From: Leucoraja ocellata
Taxonomy: Eukaryota
NCBI GenBank assembly: GCA_036785375.1
Contig: JAWMAR010000174.1
Span: forward strand, 1,426,001 to 1,490,000
Reading direction: 5' to 3'
Length of the DNA stretch: 64,000 bases
Part shown: piece after piece, positions 55,447 through 64,000 of the stretch
Position numbering within the stretch: the stretch's first letter is position 1
Layout: each line of letters starts with the position of its first letter
Program-made: the position numbers and the translations under genes
Notes under the pieces: model-generated
What the model was told of the DNA's origin: nothing
Seen by the model: only the letters and a program-made list of their open reading frames with translations
Databases searched by the model: none

Positions 55447-55837
55447 CTCCAGAGAAGTTGTTCGTTTACCTTCAAAAGTTTGACGGACCCGAAGTTTGCT
55501 GAAATGCAGGTGTATGTTGGGACAGTTTTTAAATGCAAGGTATCTCTTGACGGAGGTTATATTGCGACCCCGGCGAACTGCTGCAGGTCGCTGGAGAGGG
55601 TTCGCTCATATTCTGACTCCATACAATAAGAGCACTTACATCTCCATATATAATTGTTGCTCGGCGGCATCCCGAAGCACTTCACGCAATGAATTACTTC
55701 TGGAGTGGACTGACTGTTGATATGTATGCAAGTGCATACGCTTCAATTAACCAGACAGATAGACACAGAGGGGTGACTGCAGAATGATATTTCGCATCCA
55801 AAGGAAATTGATATCAATGCAAATTGTTATATGACTT

Positions 55838-55921
55838 AAGATAGACACAAAAAGCTGCAGTAACTCATCGGGGCAGGCGCCATCTCTGGAGAAGGTGACG
55901 CTTCGGGTCGAGACCCTTCTT
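55838..55921 (-). mobile_element. Penelope-like terminal-repeat fragment
   Basis: aagatagacacaaaaagctgcagtaactc...gtgacgcttcgggtcgagacccttctt. Confidence 0.7.
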
Positions 55922-56409
55922 ATAACTTCCTGCGAATGCAGCTACATCTAAGATTCGGGTGCATTGGAGTTGGAGCACATGAACAGCTACACTCTAGATT
56001 GTTACTTCGCGTAGACCAATGCAAATGGGTCTGGGACCCACCGCAAGAAAGTTTTTGTGGAGACATTTCTCTATGACCGTCCCATTTTGTGCTGTGAAGG
56101 AGGTGTGTTTCATTTTTGATGAAGGCGCGGGTTAAACAAGCACGAAGTCCTGTAAAGACGGAACTTCGCACGGTGATGGGGAGGTTGTCCATCAGACGCA
56201 AGGGCCTCGTATTTGAGTTGGCCCTCAGGTGAAATAAGCTGCCGAACATGTGTGTTATATCACACTCAATGTATGGCTTTTGGGGCGCGATGGTAAAATA
56301 CTGCACCTGATGTTATTGAGGTGATAAATATGTTCTATCTGATGTAAAGGAGGGATTTCTTATTTACCCATGGTGAAACTATGGTGAAACTTAGCGACTA
56401 CTTCTAGCT

Positions 56410-56650
56410 AAGATAGACACAAAAAGCAGGAGTAACTCAGCGGGACAGGCAGCATCTCTCGAGAAAATGATCGAGGCCCTTCTGCAGACTGAAAGTTACG
56501 GCGAAAAAACACATTCAGTGTGAAGAATCGTCTCGACCTGAAACGTCACATTCTCCTTCTCTCCAGAGATGCTGCCTGTCTCGCTGAGTAACTCCGGATG
56601 TTTGTGTCTATCTTCGGCCTAAACCAGCATCTGCAGTTCCTTCCTAACCC
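56410..56650. mobile_element. Inverted-dimer Penelope-like insertion with 10-bp TSD
   Basis: ACTTCTAGCT at 56400-56409 and 56651-56660. Minus arm from 56410, plus arm ~56516-56650 with a degenerate hammerhead motif and a 36-nt tail. Confidence 0.8.
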
Positions 56651-56921
56651 ACTTCTAGCTCAGTTGTTGAAGGCACCACCGAAGTATTTTGTATTTTACC
56701 AGATTTAGATACACAAAATTAAACGTGGAGGAGACCTGTTAACAAACGCGTGGCGCCGATCTAATATATTCTACACACACGAGAATGTTTCGTTTCATGG
56801 ACCAGAATAAATAGCAAGCCAGGTTTCGATCAGAAAACGGACTTTTCAGACAGCAGTCATTTTGTTGATATTTCGCAGTGATTCTAGGCTCAGTCGTAGA
56901 TTTCTTGATCCCCCTTTCTTC

Positions 56922-57147
56922 AAGATAGACACAAAATGCTGAGTTACTCCGGCATTTTGTTTCTATCGTCGGTGTAAACCAGCATTTGCAGTTCCTTCCT
57001 GCACAGTGTAAATATTTGTTGTGTGGGAAGGAACTGGAGATGCCGGTTTAACTGAAGATAGACACAAATTGCCGGAGTAACTCAGCGGGACAGGCAGCAT
57101 CTCTGGATAGAAAGAATGGGTGACGTTTTGTGTCGAGACCCTTCTTC
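56922..57147. mobile_element. Tail-to-tail Penelope-like repeat fragments
   Basis: Plus tail ~56938-57004 and minus copy ~57021-57147 of the same family. Confidence 0.7.
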
Positions 57148-57680
57148 GCCCAGATTTCAGCACATAATTTAAACTCACGCTCAAAGTAATGGCGTTTCCT
57201 TTTTGGAAGAACAATTGTCAAATTGGACCTTAAACTGTCGTGTCTGCTCGGATAGATGTGAAATATCCCTTTTCGGTAAATGAAGAACAGCAGCGACTTT
57301 CCTCCCGACCTCTCAACGTAGAGGCCTCGACCAAAACGAATTAAATGGCAATTTGTTTAATTTGCTGCACTAATTGGGCGGGCAGTTGTCTCCTTAACAA
57401 CGATCATTACTTCAACTATTAATAAATTGACCACGAAACACCTCGGACCATACCAAGAACGGGGGCGCAAGTATATTCACTTGCGTTGAAACTTTATGGA
57501 TGAGTGGGGAAGGGGGGAAGGGAGGGGGGGGGGGGGGGGGGCATAGATTGAAAGCAAATACTATCTCACTATCACAATTTGTTCCACGCTCAAAGCATCA
57601 ACATACACCCGCTTTAGCGTTAGAGGTTAATGAGGTGGTCAACAGCATATTTGAATCACAGCCTGGATCTGCACTGCACT

Positions 57681-58200
57681 GTGTAAGCAGGAACTACAGA
57701 TGCTGGTTTAAACCGAAGATGGACACATAATGCTGGAGTAACTCAGCGGGAGGGGCAGGCAGCATCTCTGGAGAGAAGGAATGGGTGACCCTTGAAGGGT
57801 CTCGACCCGAAACGTCACCCATTCCTTCTCTCCAGAGATGCCCGCCTGCCTGTCCCGCTGAGTTACTCCAGTATTTCGTGTCTCTCTTCTGCAATGCACT
57901 GTTTGTATCCATTCTTTATCACCTTCCCCACAGCTAACAATGGAGCATTGTGGGCTCCACCTTCCCTTGACCATCCATGGTGGCTTTGATTTGTCCTTTT
58001 GCATATCTTGCATTCATTCGCTCAATGTATATTTTCATATCTCTCGTTTCTCACTTCCCTGGCTCTCAGTCTGAAGAAGGGTCTCGACCCGAAAGGTCGC
58101 CTATGCCTTTTCTCCACAGATGCTGCCTGCCCCGCTGAGTTATTCCTGCTTTTTGCACCCATCTATTCTGCAAACCAGCATCTGCAACTCTTTCCTGCAC
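57681..58200. mobile_element. Penelope-like inverted plus tandem terminal-repeat structure with two hammerhead motifs ~282 nt apart
   Basis: Minus arm to ~57790; plus arm from 57793 (gaagggtctcgacccgaaacgtc); second plus copy CTGAAGAAGGGTCTCGACCCGAAAGGTC at 58071-58098, then the tail to 58200. Confidence 0.75.
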
Positions 58201-58879
58201 ATTTTGTCTGAGATGCATTGACGCCCTCGCTTCAAACAGGAATGGGACTGAAATGTGCTGGTTTTATCAGGCTGCGTGGCTGCGGTGTTCGCCATTTAGG
58301 CATGAGCTGGAAATTCACCGTTTGGCACTGACCATTGCCTCATGTAAACCATAGCTCTGCGTGGCCATCTGACTGCTACCTCTGTTCTCGTTCATACCTT
58401 GAGACCGTATGACTGTTGAGAAACAGATAAATGAGATATAACGATAAACCGCTATTAAAACAACGCACCAGAATTGTATTATAGTGAAAATGGTAGGTAA
58501 GAAATGTTAGCCCGTGTAGCATAGGTGGAGATAGGAATCCTCGCCGACACATGCATTCGTTAATCTTCCGAAATGTGCACTGTTCAGTCTGCGTGCCTCT
58601 CCTCAGATACTGCCCCGACCTATGGTGTATTTATTGCATTTCCAGCTCCACAGCTTTCAAATCCCAGAGCTGTTTTCTGTAACAGTAGGCTCCGGTTTTG
58701 CAGAAACCCTGTCTTCTGATACTTTGCTATTAGCTGTTATTATTTGGACCGGGGACCTTCTGTCTCAATTCTATTCTTCTTGCTTTCACTTTTTTCTATT
58801 TTCCTCTCAAACGAAAACAGTTGAGATTAAAGATAAAACATTATGTATTTAGGTGAAGCATTTCCGTGAGCTAACCTTG

Positions 58880-58986
58880 AGTCTGAAGAAGGGTCTCAAC
58901 CCGGAATGTCAACTACTCCTTTTATCTGGAGATGCAGTCTGACCCGCTGAGTTGCTCCAGATTTTTGTGTCTGTCTTCGGGTAAAC
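58880..58986 (+). mobile_element. Penelope-like terminal-repeat fragment (degenerate hammerhead)
   Basis: agtCTGAAGAAGGGTCTCAACCCGGAATGTC...gacccgctgagttgctccag. Confidence 0.7.
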
Positions 58987-59272
58987 TTTACAACTGTTTA
59001 TGCCCAAAATGCACAGCTGCACTGAACCTTGTACGTAGGTCGGAGGGTAGGAGAATACTCAATATTTAACTTCAGGTACAGATTAGTTTATTGTCATGAC
59101 CACCAATTGGCAACGGAATTCCACGATCTCGTGAAGTTCACGGTAACAATATAAACAACAATTAGCATAAAAAAGTAGCAGAATGGTACAAGCCTGGTGC
59201 AATCCGATGTACTGTGAAAATATTGAAGTGCAAAAGAGGAGAATTGAAATTTGGTAGGGTTATGAGTAAGAA

Positions 59273-59490
59273 TGTGTAAGGAGGAACTGCAGATGCTAGT
59301 TAAACCGCAAAGAGACATAAAAGGCTGGAGTAACTCAGCGGGACAGGCAGCATCTCTAGAAAGAAGGAATATATGACGTTTCGGGTCGTGCCCGTTCTTC
59401 AGACTGAGAGACAAGGGAAAGAGGAACGAGAGGTACAGACGGTACTTAGGACAAAGGAATGGAAGATATACAATAAGCAACGATAATCAG
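59273..59490 (-). mobile_element. Penelope-like terminal repeat with hammerhead core on the minus strand
   Basis: Reverse complement of 59375-59402 is CTGAAGAACGGGCACGACCCGAAACGTC; the full tail is present. Confidence 0.75.
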
Positions 59491-59956
59491 GGAAATAGGT
59501 GTGTGTGGCCGCGCCTCTGGAAATTGGGTGTGAAAGTAGTAATTGATTCAGAAGTCTGATAGCAGTGAGCAGGTTGTCCACAAGTCTGGAGGTCCCGGGA
59601 GCTTCAACCTGCTGTATCTTCTCCAAGAGGTGGAGAAAGAAAGGGGAATGGCCAAGGTAGCAGGCATTTTTGGCAATAACCTCTGCATTCTTGATATAAC
59701 CCACAGTAAGAATCAACTGGATGAAAGGAGGCGATGAGCTTGTGAAGGGATGGGTGGTGTTCACCACTCTCTGCGGGTCCAGGTGGGCAAGAGCAGGGCA
59801 GTTGCCATGTCAGGCAGAGGTGCATCCTGACAGAATATTTACTATAACTCATCTGTAGAGGTCTGAGTAAATCCTGTTGCATCCAGAATCTTTTATAAGA
59901 AAGTTGTCTAACACGGATAAATAAACAGAGGTGCTTCCTAGAATACAACATTAATG

Positions 59957-60079
59957 TGTAGGAAGGAACTGCAGATGCTGTTTCACACCGAAGGTAGAAA
60001 CAAAAAGCTGGGGTAATTCAGCGGGCCAAGCAGCATCTCACGAGAAAAGGAATGGGTGTCGTTCCGGGTCGAGCCCCTT
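59957..60079 (-). mobile_element. Penelope-like repeat inserted in the LINE, 8-bp TSD CATTAATG
   Basis: CATTAATG at 59949-59956 and 60080-60087. Confidence 0.75.
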
Positions 60080-60357
60080 CATTAATGACATCATGTTAAG
60101 ATGCTGATGATATGGATACATAGGAACGTGAGACCGCCGACCATCTCCGTGGCAGCCCCATTGACGAGTACATGATGTATCGAGCCCCTCACTTCCGTAA
60201 GTCAATAACTAACTCTTTCATCTTGCTGACTAAAGGGTGGCTTGTTGTCCTGACACGACAACACAAGGTTGTCAATCCCATCCCCTCGACGTTGTTTCAG
60301 CATCATTGATGGCCTGGCCGACAACGGTGGGACCATTGGGGAACTTGTACATTGAGT

Positions 60358-60443
60358 TGGACACAAAACGCTGGAGTAACTCAGCGGGTCAGGCAGCATC
60401 TTTGCAGACTTTGTGACCATTCGGGTTGGAATCCTCTGCAGAA
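60358..60443 (-). mobile_element. Penelope-like repeat inserted in the LINE RT, 7-bp TSD ATTGAGT
   Basis: ATTGAGT at 60351-60357 and 60444-60450. Removing the insert rejoins ...MHNDYSMYKF... in frame. Confidence 0.75.
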
Positions 60444-61288
60444 ATTGAGTAGTCATTGTGCATGGCCGCACAGTCGTGTGTGTATAGGTGGTAGAGCAAG
60501 GGATTGACAACACAACCCTGATGGATACCAGTGTTGGCATTTTGACCAGGGTGGGAGAAATGTTATGACCAATTCAAACGGGCTGAAGTCTGCTGGTTAG
60601 GCAGTCCAAATGCCACTTGCTAATGGAGTCCCAAGGCCACTGACCAGAGATTTAGGAATGATCTTATTCAGTATCCCGGTGTTGAAGCCTGGGTTCGAGT
60701 AAATGAAGAGCATCTTGGCATAGATGTTGTTACTGTCAATGTGAGTCAGGCCTGAATATAAATACTATACATAGTTCTAGATGCCTCGCTTCACTGTTGT
60801 ATTAATTCTTAACAACAACTTCCATACTTTGTTTGATGTGGACCCACGGGTACAGTAGCTTCACGTGGAACTGCGTGCATGTGCATCTGTACCACGCTGA
60901 GATTCAATTTTGTAAACATAGCTTCTTTCTTCATATCAATTTATATTAAACGCGAGTTACTTATGGTTTTTGGGGGGTGAGTTATTGCAACCCGGGGAAG
61001 CAAAGCCCAGCTACTGTGGAAGATTCCGTTCGCAAATCATCTCCACTGTTTCTGGTAAAACAGTTCCTACAGCAGCCTACTTTTTCTTGCAAAATTTGTG
61101 CGAAATCCACGGGGAAGTAACCGGATGAATCCATCTTCTATTCAGCTACAGAATCTTAAAATTACAGACCTAAACTGGAAGGCCCTGGTTAAATGCTAAA
61201 GTTTAGCTGCGAAATCATCGCTTGGTGAAATCATCAAATGTATGCGGGTATTTTCCAATCTATCGGTCTGGACATTGAATTGCCGAAT

Positions 61289-61613
61289 ATGGACACGAAA
61301 AAGCTTGGAGTAACTCAGCGGGACAGGCAGCATCTCTGGAGAGAAGGAATGGGTGACGTTTCGGGCCGAGACCCTTCTTCGGACTGGATTTGACGGGAAA
61401 GGGAAATGGGAGACGATGATGTAGAGAGATATATGACAATAAATGAAAGATGTGCAAAAAAGTAACGATGGTAAAGGAAACCGGCCAATGTTAGCTGTTT
61501 GTTGGGTGAAAACGAGAAGCTGGTGTGACTTGGGTGGGGGAGGGATAGAGAGAGAGGGAATTCCGGGGTTACTTTAAGTTAGAGAAATCAATATTCATAC
61601 AACTGGCCTGTAA
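61289..61613 (-). mobile_element. Penelope-like element 3' end: ORF C-terminus, 3' UTR and hammerhead motif
   Basis: Reverse complement of 61569-61613 encodes LQASCMNIDFSNLK*, like the LQPxGMNIxFSNF* end of PLE GIY-YIG ORFs. CCGAAGAAGGGTCTCGGCCCGAAACGTC lies at 61355-61382 (minus). Confidence 0.75.
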
Positions 61614-62055
61614 TTTTAGGTCATCGTTAACAACTTCGTCCCCCCCCCCCTTTCTCCCCCCTTTCTCCCCCCTCCCCCCTCCCTTGTGCCCGCCTGGACT
61701 CCTGGACTCACACCTATTTTTCCCCGCAACCTCCACCGACATTCATTCCTCTGGCTTCACAATACGCAACTGTTCAATCAATACGTCCCACACGTTCGGC
61801 TTTATTCGCTAGCTTTTGTTTCAACCATCTGCCTACTCTCCCCCCCCCCCCCCCCCCTCTCCCCGTATCCACCTATTACCCGCCACGCTTTGGCCTCCTC
61901 CCCCACACATACACACACTGTCCCCCGCCCACCCACCACCTACATAACTGAGTTATAGCGTTCTAACGAAGGGTTCCGAGCTGAAACATCACCTCTCCAT
62001 GATCTCCAGAGATGCTGCCTGACCCGCTGAGGTACTCCAGCACTCTGTGTCCCTT
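61614..62055 (+). mobile_element. Second Penelope-like 3' region (related subfamily), head-to-head with the previous one
   Basis: C-rich UTR, then degenerate ctaacgaagggttccgagctgaaacatc (~61963-61990) and the family body ctccagagatgctgcctgacccgctgaggtactccagc. Confidence 0.6.
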
Positions 62056-62724
62056 TGTTCAAGCCACCATACGTGTAATCGAGTATCTTTGAGGGAACAA
62101 TAAAGAAGTTGACCACAACTTAGTGCGCTTGCTCTGACCCTTCTGGGCGACACAACATGTACCACCACAGGACGGTGCAATGATCGGGATTGTGGGGGTG
62201 GACGTAGATCCTGGAAGTAGCAGAACCAGGGTCAAACCGGCGGAGATGTGTTTCTGATTCACGAGATGCAACGTGAAGATGCCACAATATTCACAAACCA
62301 CGCTTCTTTCTGGAAATCAGAGGCTTTCCAAAACTTTATTTTCAAAAACTAATGTCAGCACTAAGCCCGTTTCGACTGTCACTCCTCGTTGACAACACTG
62401 GAAATTTAACCGCACCTCCCTCCAACCCTTGAGTTCCAGATCAGTCAACACTAACACTAACACGCGAATTAAGCAACGATAAAACAAACATCGAAAAACT
62501 TGTTATAATCAATGTTAATAATTACGGAGATCTATATCGACCACAGATAACCATGGGGAAATTGTGAAATTACGAATTCCCATTGCTCCACTGAAAGACT
62601 TCTGCTATTATAGATACTCAAGGAACCACATATGCTGGAAATCATAAGCAAACAACAAAAAAAACATAGTGCTGGAGGACAACGATGGCCCAGGGAGTAT
62701 CTGGGGGAGGGAATGGACAGTCTG

Positions 62725-63022
62725 AAACATAGAAACATAGAAAATAGGTGCAGGAGTAGGCCATTCGGCCCTTCGAACCTGCACCACCATTCAATATGAT
62801 CATGGCTGATCATCCAACTCGGTATCCTGTACCTGCCTTCTCTCCATACCGCTTGATCCCCTTAGCCACATGGGCCAGATATAACTCCCTCTTAAATATA
62901 GCCAATGGACTGGCCTCAACTACCTTCGGTGGCAGAGAATTCCAGAGATTCACCACTCTCTGTGTGAAAAATGTTTTTCTCATCTCGGTCCTAAAATACT
63001 TCCCCCTTATCCTTAAACTGTG
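62725..63022 (-). mobile_element. CR1-clade LINE 3' end (HER1-like)
   Basis: HSLRIRGKYFRTEMRKTFFTQRVVNLWNSLP...FKRELY is the CR1 ORF2 C-terminus. The 3' UTR gggccgaatggcctactcctgcacctatt and (TTCTATGT)n tail follow. It sits inside a decayed Penelope-like pair (~62620-63080). Confidence 0.85.
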
Positions 63023-63464
63023 AAAAAGGGTCCTGACTCGAAATGTCGCCAATCCATTCCCTTCGCAGAGATCCTCCAGCACCTCTTTGCACACTATTAT
63101 AGAGAATGCTAACATTATGCACCGCGGGTTAGAAGGTCCCTTCAGAAAAGTCCACCGAGTCGTGGAGTTAAAGGGATTTCTATTGCAATTCACGCTTGTA
63201 CATGCTAACTCGTGGAACACGCGGGGAAGAAATGGGGGAATTCTAGAGTTAGAATGTTCAATCAAGGATTCAATTGAAAACGACGCCGTGACACAAACCG
63301 AGTGCCCGACGAAAGGAAACATAATCCAATTTCTTGAAAAAAATAACCCATAATACAAAGTGTGTCGTTTAGTTTAGTTTAGTTTATTATCGCGTGTGTC
63401 GAGGTACAATGAAACGTTTTTGTTGCGTACTAACCAGTCAGCAGAAAGACAATACATGATTACA

Positions 63465-63648
63465 TGTACACAAAAATGCTGGAGAAACTCAGCGGGTGCA
63501 GCAGCATCTATGGAGCGAAGGAAATAGGCAACGTATCGGGCCGAAACGTTGCCTATTTCCTTCGCACCATAGATGCTACTGCACCCGCTGAGTTTCTCCA
63601 GCATTTTTGTCTACCTTCGATTTTCCAGCATCTGCAGTTCCTTCTTAA
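63465..63648. mobile_element. Young foldback Penelope-like insertion: 70-bp inverted arms, 34-nt tail, 16-bp TSD
   Basis: Arms 63470-63539 and 63541-63610 with 3 mismatches. ACAATACATGATTACA at 63449-63464 and 63649-63664. Inserted into a LINE tail. Confidence 0.85.
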
Positions 63649-63685
63649 ACAATACATGATTACAATTGGGCCATCCACAGTGCAC

Positions 63686-63885
63686 GGTGCTGGATGAACT
63701 AGACGTGTCAGGCAACATCTATGGAGGGAATGGACAGAAGACATTTCGGATCAGGAGCCTTTCCACAGACTGGTGAAGTTTCCCCACCCAAAACCTCATC
63801 TGTCCTTTCCCCTCCGCGGATCCACAATGTTCCTCCCGAACTTTGTTTTCTTTTTCGCTCAGGATTCCAGCATCTGCAGCCTCTG
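63686..63885. mobile_element. Old degenerate inverted pair of Penelope-like repeats
   Basis: gtgctggatgaac...caggcaacatctatggagggaatggacag...gacatttcgg, then ...ccagcatctgcagcc. Confidence 0.5.
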
Positions 63886-64000
63886 TTTCCCCCAGTTTGT
63901 TATAGGTCGACCAGCTTATTGCCCAGGAAAAGATTTTTTTTGTAAGAATCCAATTTGCGCTGCATGCTATTGACTCTGAGGTTATAACATCCCTGACCCA

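Larger units (their letters stand above)
59540..60755 (-). mobile_element. Decayed Rex1/Babar-type LINE, RT to C-terminus, interrupted by two Penelope-like inserts
   Basis: Minus-strand translation gives YAKMLFIYSNPGFNT, NTGIHQGCVVNPLLYHLYTHDC, YKFPNGPTVVG (decayed KFADDTTVVG), VSKMKELVIDLRK and TAIRLLN, matching Rex1-like RT motifs. Stops and frameshifts are present. Confidence 0.8.

Noticed and set aside
52335-63885. CRISPR array, tRNA-derived SINE or pre-miRNA cluster interpretation of the repeats
   Set aside because: Eukaryotic context, irregular spacing in both orientations, no A/B boxes seen; TSDs and a PLE ORF end explain them.

Overview
Vertebrate DNA, most likely from a cartilaginous fish (skate or ray, inferred from the repeat families). 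It contains the nuclear-receptor gene NR2F2/COUP-TFII on the + strand: three coding exons at 21526-21937, 22889-23416 and 24918-25192, giving 404 aa. A candidate upstream alternative first exon (16444-16495) would make a DBD-less isoform like human COUP-TFII isoform b. A ~10.4-kb block (3479-13841) is repeated almost identically at 14042-24399 across a 200-N run. The first copy has a frameshifted exon 1 and no exon 3, and is probably an uncollapsed haplotype (assembly artefact). About 51 kb around the gene has no interspersed repeats I can recognise. From ~51.6 kb the window becomes repeat-dense: a large foldback inverted repeat, about 20 pieces of a Penelope-like terminal repeat carrying a minimal hammerhead-ribozyme motif (consensus CTGAAGAAGGGTCTCGACCCGAAACGTC, often as TSD-flanked inverted dimers with a 34-36-nt tail), and decayed Rex1/Babar and CR1 LINEs. 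All homology calls come from reading the sequence and from recalled family features; no searches were run.
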